Below, in pieces: positions 1 through 8,650 of a DNA stretch of 12,179 nt; position 1 is the first letter of the stretch, and the number at the start of each line of letters is the position of its first letter. Under the pieces are notes generated by a model. The model did no database searches. It was not told the origin of the DNA and saw only the letters and a list, made by a program, of their open reading frames with translations. The position numbers and the translations under genes are program-made. This DNA comes from Amoeboradix gromovi X-113 (taxonomy: Eukaryota; Fungi; Sanchytriomycota), in assembly GCA_018985225.1 (NCBI GenBank), contig JADGIF010000271.1, positions 1 through 12,179 on the forward strand, given 5' to 3'.

Positions 1-203
1 GAGTATTTAATTTTTGTATATCTTAAATGCACAGTTTTCAATTTCTGGGTTAAGCCATTTGTTTGCAAACCATTAAGCAACTTTTGCCAAATGGTTGACT
101 ATTGTTATTACGACTGTACGGACCCTGAATAAAATTATTGTCGGCATGTGAAAGCTTTTATTCTTTCATAAGGTATGAAGTGCTGCAAGATTGATATATT
201 TAT
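1..203 (-). pseudogene. Relic D: probable 5' end of a decayed copy of the repeated unknown ORF family (runs off the window edge)
   Basis: The minus-strand frame from 203 reads INISILQHFIPYERIKAF, aligning without gaps to relic A MLASHLVKFLIYEKIRNF (shared S4, L6, F9, Y12, E13, I15, F18; ATA where A and B have ATG). Stops follow soon after. Only one block supports it. Confidence 0.45.
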
Positions 204-235
204 TACAAGTTGCATCATAGTAGAAGTATCCCGCA

Positions 236-2677
236 TTAATTAAGTTTACAGCGGACGAGTTCTACGATTTCTCCATTAAGCGCATCTCGCATTTCTTGAT
301 CAGAGTCTTCAATCTTAATTCCAAGTTCTGCTAAAACCTCTAAGCCAGAAGAGCTTCTTGACTTCCCCTCATACAACTTGTGGTCATATCCGGAGTTACT
401 TTGTTTAAAATGGTAATGCTTCGAAGTTTTGTATTGCTTTTCAATAAAGTCACAAAACGGATGAGTGTGGGTTGATAAGTAGCACTGCAATTGCTTTCCG
501 TCCATGTCTTGCAGAAATTTTTTTAAAAATACTGCTGCGTCGCCAATGCTTGTGCTGCTCCCAAACTCATCCACCATAACTAATGATTTTCTTGTTGATT
601 TCTTCATTATGTCTGTTATTTCCTCTGCTTCTAAGTAAAAAGAACTTTTTCCATACTTGATCTCATCCGTTGTGCCTGTTCTTAAAAATATTCCGTCAAC
701 TGGCGACAATTGGCAGGATTCGCATGGTACACATCCACCCACTTGCCCTAGCAAGTATATTAGGGCAAGAGTCTTTAAGTAAGTTGACTTACCTCCCATA
801 TTGCAGCCCGAAATTGTGATTATGCTTTTCTTGTTAGCGCTGTCATTTGGGATAAATTCGTCAGAAAAAAAAGGATACGTGCCTTTTTTGAATTTATGTC
901 CTATTTCTCCCTCTACTCTTGGCAGTATCCAAGTAACTCCGTTTAGCAAGATTCTTACCACAGACCAAGATCTAGCCACGTCTATATTACCTAGAATCGA
1001 TTCAAACTCATCGATCTCTAAGTGGCTCTTGTTCAAACAATCTTGTATGGATTGAGCATAACATAACTTGATCTCAATCAACATATTTTGCAGTTCCATG
1101 TACTCTTTGTACATGACTAAAGACTCAGTCGAAGTGAATTGTTTATTGGACACTGATTTAGTCACTGGTTCCAAGTTCATCAGATTCTTTGGCTTCTTAA
1201 GCATTTTTAATCTTTCGCATGGCTTTTTACATTCTTCTTCCAATATGAAGCCATTCTGTGCTAGTTTTGTTGTAAAGCTATTCCATTTACCCAATGTTTC
1301 ATTGATACCAAATAGTAGCGCTTTGAGCCTATCATTTGTTGAAGTCTCATTAATTTCACCATTCTTTGTAAAATGCAAAGTAATCTCAGGAAAATAATTT
1401 TGCTGAACTTCTGTTAATCTATTAATCATAAAGCGAAGAGTTTTAACAGCGTCCTGGTCTTTGTTAAGGGGAAGGATTTCATTGCTCAAGTATTTAATGA
1501 GATGGGTTGTGTTGTGGTGCATATTTACAAATTTACACAGATGATCGTCAATGACAGGAAAGTGTATTTTTCCCATACTCATCGCAGCTATAAACCTGCT
1601 TCTATTGAATTTATCTATCTCCTGCAAGTTATATGCAGTTGCAACAAGATCTTGATTCAACTTCGCTTTGGGTGTGTTCCAGAATATTTTAGACTCTGCT
1701 TGCTTCTTTCTGATGTCCAGTGCATTTATAAATGGCCCTCTAAGTCTGTTATTGATTTCCGAATTCCCAAATGATGATACAGTTTTATTTATGAGGGGAA
1801 TTAATGATTTAAATTCCAATGCAGATTGCGTATAAAATGGAACTACTCCTCTGGTCTTGATGCTTTTGAGACTAAATAAGGAATCTGTGGGCTTTGATTT
1901 TGGTAATGACCAAGAGATGTATTCTTTCAATGCATTCTCTGGAGTGGTAAAAACATTTTCTCGCATCGGAGTGATTTGGATATTCAATAACTTTGCGAGA
2001 GATAGCACTTGCTTAGTTTTATGGTCATTGGTATAGTACTGTGGTCTAGCTAAATAAGGTTTGTTAGGTTTATAAGACAACTCCATCTCACTAAATGGAT
2101 TACTCGAATTCGGACCAAAATAAATCTCATCAGTAAGTAACCCCCCATTTATAATAATTTCAGAAGGTCTGTGAACCATGAAAATGTCCCAAATAGTCTT
2201 CTTTGAATGAAAAACGCAGTGATACGTTTTCTTTGTTTTTTTTGCCAAGTCCATAAACACTATGGTAGTTTCTCTTCCATGAAACTCTATTGAGCAAAGC
2301 GGTCCAAAGTCGTGATCAGAATGCAAAGGAGATAGTCCAACAGAACAATACATCTCTAAGCCGCGGCCAGTAACTCCGCCTTTACATGTCGTTTGAGAAT
2401 TAATCGCAAATCGCTTTTTCGCTTTAATCAAATCAAGAGTAACATCCTGAATTCCAGCTATTGGGAACCCTGTCATAACGTAATCCTTTTTATCCATAGA
2501 TCTCTTCGTGAGCTTGAAGTTTTTTAAATCATTTAGAAGAGCTGCGTCCAATCCGAGTACCTCGTAAAATCCACCTACTTGATTCATTCTTATAGTGTCT
2601 GGATACGTTTTAAAGTAGTTCATGTAGATTGTGCGAAGTACTGACATAGTTTGAAAAATAGTCGTTATAATGCACAT
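236..2677 (-). CDS. MutS-family mismatch repair ATPase with domain I (MSH1-like), divergent
   Basis: Domain I YPDTIRMNQVGGFYEVLGLDA (F-x-E motif) and MTGFP; domain III-like INKTVSSFG...RLRGPF...IRKKQ; Walker A ISGCNMGGKSTYLK; GKSSF; Walker B SLVMVDEFGSSTS; STH; C-terminal HKLYEG..SSSGLEVL..LGI. The true start may be the second ATG at 2647. Confidence 0.92.
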   Translation of the reverse strand: MCIITTIFQTMSVLRTIYMNYFKTYPDTIRMNQVGGFYEVLGLDAALLNDLKNFKLTKRSMDKKDYVMTGFPIAGIQDVTLDLIKAKKRFAINSQTTCKGGVTGRGLEMYCSVGLSPLHSDHDFGPLCSIEFHGRETTIVFMDLAKKTKKTYHCVFHSKKTIWDIFMVHRPSEIIINGGLLTDEIYFGPNSSNPFSEMELSYKPNKPYLARPQYYTNDHKTKQVLSLAKLLNIQITPMRENVFTTPENALKEYISWSLPKSKPTDSLFSLKSIKTRGVVPFYTQSALEFKSLIPLINKTVSSFGNSEINNRLRGPFINALDIRKKQAESKIFWNTPKAKLNQDLVATAYNLQEIDKFNRSRFIAAMSMGKIHFPVIDDHLCKFVNMHHNTTHLIKYLSNEILPLNKDQDAVKTLRFMINRLTEVQQNYFPEITLHFTKNGEINETSTNDRLKALLFGINETLGKWNSFTTKLAQNGFILEEECKKPCERLKMLKKPKNLMNLEPVTKSVSNKQFTSTESLVMYKEYMELQNMLIEIKLCYAQSIQDCLNKSHLEIDEFESILGNIDVARSWSVVRILLNGVTWILPRVEGEIGHKFKKGTYPFFSDEFIPNDSANKKSIITISGCNMGGKSTYLKTLALIYLLGQVGGCVPCESCQLSPVDGIFLRTGTTDEIKYGKSSFYLEAEEITDIMKKSTRKSLVMVDEFGSSTSIGDAAVFLKKFLQDMDGKQLQCYLSTHTHPFCDFIEKQYKTSKHYHFKQSNSGYDHKLYEGKSRSSSGLEVLAELGIKIEDSDQEMRDALNGEIVELVRCKLN

Positions 2678-2682
2678 CCGTT

Positions 2683-3273
2683 TTAATTAAATAAATCATT
2701 TATCGCAAATACATGAGTTATATCTCTGCAGCATACCCTCTACAGATTTTTCTAGCTACACAAAAGTCGACATCTTTTTTTCATAAAATGAAAATGGCTC
2801 CAAATCGTCTCATCCCAAATTTGTCAAATCTAAAGAAATCATTAAAAGTGTAACCATACTCTTTCTGAAGACCTATTTGATGTGTTTAAACACCTGGAAA
2901 GAGACTCGTATACAATTTAAAATGCATTCAAGACTCATTTACTATTTTCATATCTTCCTCAAAAGCAATCATCTCATCTTTTATGGAAAAGTCGCACCCA
3001 GTAAGGAAAAAGGCTTTTAAAGACATATTGGCCCTATTCCTAAAGACATTCCGGGTGCCTTAAATATTAATGCTACTGTAGTGGTAATTACAAATATGTG
3101 TACTATATGACAACCAGGTAACATGTGCTTGTACGCATCCCCGTTCAATCTCTCCTATGTGTAGTAGAATCCTGAGAAACCACTGTAACTGAGCGACCAG
3201 CTTTGTAAGTTTCTCTACGAAAATTCCTGATCTTTTCGTAGATCAGGAACTTAACGAGGTGACTAGCTAACAT
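2683..3273 (-). pseudogene. Relic A: decayed copy of the repeated unknown ORF family (~590 bp, internally deleted relative to B)
   Basis: The reverse complement aligns collinearly with 5847-6692: 25/31 nt (3225-3195 vs 5895-5925), exact GGATGAGACGATT (2815-2803 vs 6558-6570) and 37/49 nt at the 3' end. The ATG sits 48 nt before the NF codons in both copies, and both end LFN-TAA. Multiple stops and frameshifts. Confidence 0.8.
3214..3249. repeat. Two interlocking perfect 10-bp inverted repeats
   Basis: TCTACGAAAA (3214-3223) pairs with TTTTCGTAGA (3233-3242); TTCCTGATCT (3224-3233) pairs with AGATCAGGAA (3240-3249). Confidence 0.9.
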
Positions 3274-3308
3274 TAAATTCCACAAGACGTTTTATTTCAT
3301 ATTTTCAT

Positions 3309-5786
3309 TTATTGTTGTATAGTCGCATACCATTGTCGTTGAGTCCTAATTATGGCTAATATAGAAGTTACTCCTCTTCTTAATTCTCTTTGCACTCCCA
3401 CTGCCTCTGTTTGTATTCTTGCATTTTCAATAATTGTTTGGGCTTTGCTCATCATGTCCGCTGCAAATATTTTCATCTGTACTTTATATCCATTAAATGG
3501 TGAGGATTCCTCGTAGCATTTGTCAAACTCTACTTTGAGTTCATTCATATCACAGTTCTTGCACACAACCATCATTATTACTGAAAGTTCTCTCAAATGC
3601 ATAGTTGGAAACTTTTCAAGATTGGAAGAGAACATCAGAATTGGTAACACATGTATAAATCCTTTCAAGATCATATTACGAAGCAAATCAGGAAACTTTA
3701 TATTAGACCATGTGTTTGCATACTTTATGTGCTGTAAATCATTCACAGTGGCATCTATAATCTCTACCAAACACAAGAGCCAATCAATAACATTTCCAAC
3801 ATTCTCTGGTATTTCCGTCTGTTTCACTATCAAAGGAACACAAGAGCTGATGAAATGGTGCAATAGTTCTGCGTTACAATTATAGTATATCTCATAATGA
3901 CTGTGAAATAGCATTTGAAAGAAATCAAACAAATTTTCCAACTCCGACTCATCAATTTGTACAGTCAATAAATGCTCAAAGAGCTGCAGAGACAGCTTGT
4001 TCCACTCATCCAATTCATCCGTGTTTAGTTTGCAATATCCCTGTACTATGATGACTTCTAATGCGTGTAACTGACCTTTGAAGACAGGTAATCCCATTAG
4101 TTGATGAACCAGAGTCTTAAGGTCATGCAAAGATTGTGCATGCCTCGGCGCACTCTTGTAAAATTTGGCCAAAAAAACATTTCGAGGTAATTCCAGACTG
4201 AGAACCTTCTGAACAATTTGCAATGATAATTCATGATCTATAAACTGTATGAACAGCCCCAAAAACAGCACGCTATAGGGTTCATCTGTTATATGGTTCA
4301 GCATCTCATTAACTATGGAATTGATCATGGTAAGAAACTCAGTTCTATGCATCAAGTACTGACTACATCTGCAAAAGTTACTCAGGCCTTCTTTGTGCTT
4401 GATATCCCAGGAAAGTTGGAAAGATTGAATCATCATGTCCATTGACACTTTATTGCTAATATCAGAATTAGCAGTTGAAGCTGGAGTGTTTGTTTGAGTG
4501 CTTAAATTGCCAGCATCACTTAATAGAAAGCTGAGACTCCTTAACACAGCATTCATCATCTTGGGATCCTTACCCATTATCAGAGCACAGTCCTCGATCC
4601 ATTTCAAAGCTGTCGAAAGCCATTCAGAATCATTTTTGAAGTACGGAGTGATAGATTGAGTAGATAAGCATTTGGCGTAGACGACGCGTGGATTGTCATG
4701 AAACTGTTGATCTTGTAAAATTACGTTTAAATGCGGATAGGGTTGAGTACTTAATAGGTCATATCCAACACTGCGAATACAGTAATACTGTGCTTCAGCA
4801 TATATTGGGTTGCCCTGAAATTGATGAATAATGGAAAAGAAGGAATCCTGAAGTTCACGAAAGCAAAAAGAAAGTAGTTCAGAGAGATCCCTGCGATGTT
4901 GTCTAAAATCTTCTAATTGCTGATTATCAGTTGTGTCGGGATAGCAAATTGAAGGAAAGATTGTATTTAATAAATCACCGTAGATTGATAAAAAGAAGTC
5001 ATTTCTAGTGTGCTGCTTCTCAGAAATATATGACCAGAACAACAGAGTATGCAAAACTGGAAGACCAGATATCTGTATTAATAACTGCCAAAATTGCGAA
5101 TATTTTTGGGGATTTTTGCAAAGAAGAGAAACGTTGGACTCACCTAATTCGACGCACATATAAATAAAATCTAATAGATCTTCATTCTCTAGCTGAGAAT
5201 AGTTAACTTGAGTAGCAAATTGTGATAATTTTAATAAAAGTTGGTCCGAATTGAAATAGATAGCAGAAATTTCTGTCAAGAAAAGAAAATTCGATAAAGA
5301 GATGGCCTGGTCCACAAAAGGACTTAGTGAATCAAGAGAAATGCTAGATTTGTGTAGTAAACGACCGATTGTGTCCAATCCTAAAGGGTGGGGCGCGAGT
5401 ATAGCTAAATACTTTGACAATTGAATTGGAGGAAAGCTTTCTATTAAAGCACACTCGCTAAGTATATCCGGAATATTAGGGCAATGTTCTAACCAATCAA
5501 TGTGGTGTGCTAGAATTAAAGCCACAGCGTCAAAACACCGAATTTGGATTAGTTGTTCTAGTAGTTGCTTCTGATGCTCTTCAGCAAGAGTTGATAAGCC
5601 AAATTTGCATTTGTATTTTATGGTGGATATAGCGAATGCTTTTAAATATGGATTTTGATCTTGCAAATATTGGACACTGTTCCAGGCATCTGCTTGCTGC
5701 TGGTACTCATTTAGTTCTAAAAATAAATCCTTATTCGGACTTGAATAATATTGTTGTACTTTTTGAATAAATGTTGGACTCAACAT
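3309..5786 (-). CDS. Importin-beta superfamily karyopherin, Transportin-3/Mtr10/importin-13-like
   Basis: 825-aa Leu-rich helical protein. IBN_N-like start (LNEYQQQADAW...FAISTIKYK); TLLFWSYI, ICYP, DFRQHRRDLSELL and EAQYYCIRSVG match the spacing of Mtr10/TNPO3 blocks (FW..YP..FR.FR..D.L..EA.LF.LR). Confidence 0.75.
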   Translation of the reverse strand: MLSPTFIQKVQQYYSSPNKDLFLELNEYQQQADAWNSVQYLQDQNPYLKAFAISTIKYKCKFGLSTLAEEHQKQLLEQLIQIRCFDAVALILAHHIDWLEHCPNIPDILSECALIESFPPIQLSKYLAILAPHPLGLDTIGRLLHKSSISLDSLSPFVDQAISLSNFLFLTEISAIYFNSDQLLLKLSQFATQVNYSQLENEDLLDFIYMCVELGESNVSLLCKNPQKYSQFWQLLIQISGLPVLHTLLFWSYISEKQHTRNDFFLSIYGDLLNTIFPSICYPDTTDNQQLEDFRQHRRDLSELLSFCFRELQDSFFSIIHQFQGNPIYAEAQYYCIRSVGYDLLSTQPYPHLNVILQDQQFHDNPRVVYAKCLSTQSITPYFKNDSEWLSTALKWIEDCALIMGKDPKMMNAVLRSLSFLLSDAGNLSTQTNTPASTANSDISNKVSMDMMIQSFQLSWDIKHKEGLSNFCRCSQYLMHRTEFLTMINSIVNEMLNHITDEPYSVLFLGLFIQFIDHELSLQIVQKVLSLELPRNVFLAKFYKSAPRHAQSLHDLKTLVHQLMGLPVFKGQLHALEVIIVQGYCKLNTDELDEWNKLSLQLFEHLLTVQIDESELENLFDFFQMLFHSHYEIYYNCNAELLHHFISSCVPLIVKQTEIPENVGNVIDWLLCLVEIIDATVNDLQHIKYANTWSNIKFPDLLRNMILKGFIHVLPILMFSSNLEKFPTMHLRELSVIMMVVCKNCDMNELKVEFDKCYEESSPFNGYKVQMKIFAADMMSKAQTIIENARIQTEAVGVQRELRRGVTSILAIIRTQRQWYATIQQ

Positions 5787-5846
5787 TAAAATAAAGAATT
5801 TTTGTTTGGAAAAATATCCCCACTATTCGAATTACAAAAATTTACA

Positions 5847-6692
5847 ATGTCATTGTACTCCTTATAAAGTGTCTAGGTTTCTGAAAAAAATATTAATTTT
5901 CATTGGGAGACTGACAAAGCCGGTCATGCTTCACAGTAACTGACTTCACGGGAGCTTGGGGTGGGATTGAACAAGGATGCGTATAATTTAATATTTGAGA
6001 CCCAAACTGACAAATGTCCTCATTTCCAAGTAGGAGGAGCACCTAGAAACCACGCTAGGAATCCGAAAACTCCATGTCATCAGATACGAAAGTTTATCAG
6101 GAACAAGAATGGATTTACTGTGAACAAGACGACATTACAAGCATTAAGACAGAATATGAAAATGGTTATTTGCTGATATTGCAACATGTGCTAAGTGCTA
6201 GTCAGCCAAGGTATTTTGAAAAAGTTTGCCGCTGCATTCTTCATATTGAGAAAAGGCTTAAAGGAATAACAAGTGACTGACACATCTTTCCAGGAGGGCG
6301 TTCGGCTTAGGTTGGGGCCATTTTCTGAAATTGGGTCCCATGTGGTCTCTAACTAATTGCAAATGACAACTTGTACATATATGTCTCCAAACTGGTTACT
6401 TTAGAGCACCACTTCCTTAATATGTATGACTAATAAATACTTCATTATACTTCACCAATATCTCTCACTTTCTTTGGACGGTAATTCATTTCATACTATT
6501 TTCTGAGTGCAGAAGAGTTTCTATCTCTTGGTTGTATTTTTAGATTTGTCATATCCAGGATGAGACGATTGGGATTATTTGCAATTGACGAAAAACGATA
6601 TTATTGGGGTTTTACGTACTTAAAATGGCCCAGAAAAATTCAGTTGGAGCGATGTAGCTCATGTAATTATGATTCATAGTTTATTCAACTAA
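5847..6692 (+). pseudogene. Relic B: longest decayed copy of the repeated unknown ORF family (846 bp from ATG to TAA)
   Basis: Contains blocks shared with A (EK..NF..ET.KAG, LN.DAY, AP, LGI, MK.V, DETI, D..HV, LFN*) and with C (VL..QGIL, P.W, LI..T.K, DGN, WS.V.HV). At least nine in-frame stops plus frameshifts. The ORF-track calls 5961..6176 and 6074..6280 are fragments of it. Confidence 0.8.
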
Positions 6693-6737
6693 AAGGGATA
6701 GCTGTTTCCATTAAAATTCCAAATATATCATCGTAAC

Positions 6738-8627
6738 ATGGGAGATCCATTGATCATTGATTATGGTACTGGTAATTGTGAAGCAGGGTTTTTTAAAGAG
6801 CCGTCCTTAAAGTTTGTGAATGTGAATGAAAAGCGAGAAGACGGAATTTATGTGGGTTTGGATTGTAATACCAGACCTCGAAGCGCGTTCGATCGAGATT
6901 TCTTAACTTCACACGGCGCTTTGGATAATTCCTTAGATTACATATTTTCTCACCTCAAATTGAAGGAACCGCCTAAAATTGCAATGTCAGAAACATTTTG
7001 TAATCCTTATAGCTGTAGGAATATATCAAATGAAGTTTTATTTGAATGCTTCAATATTCCAAAAGTCTCCTATTTTGTTGATACTTTGACTTCTTTCAAT
7101 GAGTTTGAAAATAAACCGTTGAATAGCGTAGTTATTGACCTGGGCAACTTCAGCACTCGGGTTGTCGGAATGAGAAAAGAGAAAAACTACCACATGCCTG
7201 TGTATGAAGTGTCTAAATGTATCCCTTTTGGAAAAAGCGATGCTGTAGACACTTTAATGAAGCTGCTGCAGCTAAAATATCCAAATTTTCCAATTGTTGT
7301 TCAGCAATTTGAAGCACAATCAATGTTTGAAAAGCATTCAGAGGTTGCAATGGACTATAATGCAGTTTTAAAGGACATGGCAGATCCCAAAAATTTATCA
7401 AAATACAATGTCACAAAGCAGTATCCATTTCTACCAGAAGAATCTTTAACGGAGGAGGAGATATTGTATACAAAAGAAAAGCAAATGGCTAATAGAAAGA
7501 GATTACGAGAAATGAATTTGGCTAAAAGAATAGAAAAGCTAGAATCGTTCAGAAATACCTTTGCTGATCTGAGAAAGTTTATGGAAAAGTTAAACGGATT
7601 GAAGAAGTCTGAAAGAATGAAGCTGTTGAAAGAGAACAACTACAAGTCATTTGATGATGTAGAAGAATTCTCAAGATCAGTTGAAATGCAAATAGCGAAG
7701 CTGGAAATAAGTGTTGCTAAAAGTGAAGAGTTGATGATTGCCATGGACGTAGACAATGCAGTAAATGAAGCAAGTAAAGACGAGTTATCTGAGGAATATA
7801 TGGAAGAATTAAAATCTAGACGTAAGCTGTTACTTGGACAGTTGGAAGTAAGAAAACTTGATACCACCAGGCGATCTGCTTCTAGCAACAATAGAATGCG
7901 TGGAATGGCTAGAATAATTGACGAAAGTAACAAAGAAACCCCAATCGGTGACAACTTTGGCATGGTGGACTCAGACTGGAACGTTTATCACGATATAGTA
8001 TCATCTTTATTCACTTAGAAATCTAAAAACGGACAGGGTCTGGATATTGAGATAGAGTTGGGCGAGATAGAAGATATTTTAGTGAGACACGATCCCTCTT
8101 CATTGGCTAATAAACCCAATATTCAAAGTTGGTTAGCCCACAATGGACCAGCGCCAGTAATGTTTGAACTACATGGAAGAACAGTGGAGAACGTAGAGTT
8201 CTATAACAAAAACCAAATGCTCGCTCACCAACTGCATTTAAATGTCGAGAGATTTAGAATCCCAGAATCTTTGTTTAAGCCATATTTGGTTGGTTTGGAT
8301 GAAAGAGGTATCAGCGAGATACTAGAGCACATGTACAAATCGCATAAGTATGATACAATATACCTGACTGGATGCATGTCAAAGTTGCCGCAATTGGCAA
8401 AAAGAATTCAGTATGATTTAAAATCCCTTTTACCAACTGGCACAAATATTAGTGTTATAAATGACACAACCTATCAATCATATATTGGGGCATACAATTA
8501 TTACAGAAATGCACCGGAAAGTGTGTATGTAACCAGGAAAGAATATCAAGAATTTGGTGGAGAATATCTGAAAGAGCATGCTATGGGCAATAGATATTCA
8601 TATTACGAAGAAGATGCTATGGAATAA
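6738..8627 (+). CDS. ARP5: Actin-related protein 5 (INO80 complex), join(6738..7997,8019..8627), ~622 aa
   Basis: PLIIDYG, RSAFDRD, LDYIFSHL, SETFCNPYSCR..EVLFECFNIPKVSY, LLQLKYP, QYPF, a coiled-coil insertion, DNFG..DSDWNVY, HQLHLNVERFRIPE, YLTG, and C-terminal TRKEYQEFGGEYLKEHAMGN. The two ORF-track halves are in the same frame. Confidence 0.93.
7998..8018 (+). other. 21-nt spliceosomal intron in ARP5
   Basis: GTATCATCTTTATTCACTTAG: GT..AG, phase 0, possible branch motif TTCAC. Removing it eliminates the only stop between the two halves and gives ...VYHDI|KSKNG...ELGEIEDILVRHDP. Confidence 0.8.
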
Positions 8628-8630
8628 TCA

Positions 8631-8645
8631 AATAAACGCTTTATT
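8631..8645. terminator. Candidate bidirectional polyadenylation signal between convergent genes
   Basis: AATAAA-CGC-TTTATT lies within the 23-nt gap between the stops at 8627 and 8651. Confidence 0.55.
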
Positions 8646-8650
8646 AACAT

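Noticed and set aside
1-132. Open plus-strand frame ending GAA TAA within AATAAA (possible 3' end of a gene)
   Set aside because: Only 43 codons with no motif, and the region is provisionally explained by relic D on the minus strand. Not fully excluded.
801-1774. Plus-strand ORFs 801..1055, 1068..1397 and 1502..1774
   Set aside because: Antisense shadows inside the MutS gene with no recognisable motifs.
2713-2853. Opposite-strand reading of relics A/B (MSYI...PNRLI...NLK) as the coding strand
   Set aside because: It shows a few synonymous changes locally, but the other blocks (EK..ET.KAG, LGI, VL..GIL, DGN) are synonymous only on the other strand.
3159-3166. GTGTAGTA resembling the U2 snRNA branch-pairing motif
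   Set aside because: The flanking U2 sequence is absent and the site lies within relic A. No tRNA, rRNA, snRNA or CRISPR array was recognised anywhere in the window.
3520-4445. Plus-strand ORFs 3520..3885 and 4233..4445
   Set aside because: Antisense shadows inside the karyopherin gene.
5961-6280. ORFs 5961..6176 and 6074..6280 as independent small genes
   Set aside because: They are overlapping frameshifted fragments of relic B, and homology switches between their frames.
5847-6692. Relic B as an intact gene rescued by several tiny introns, or broken only by sequencing error
   Set aside because: The GT..AG removals I tried did not restore the homologous frame, and the flanking ORFs of over 2 kb are uninterrupted, which argues against a high indel error rate.
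2675-6700. A and B as terminal inverted repeats of a Pack-MULE-like or composite transposon
   Set aside because: The repeats show coding-type divergence, further copies lie outside the pair, and no target-site duplication is visible.
7213-7963. Minus-strand ORFs 7213..7401, 7355..7639 and 7640..7963
   Set aside because: S/F/L-rich antisense of the E/K-rich ARP5 insertion.
8016-8018. TAG/TAA reassigned to Gln genome-wide
   Set aside because: The 813- and 825-aa ORFs have no internal TAR, four genes end in TAA, and a GT..AG intron explains the ARP5 break.
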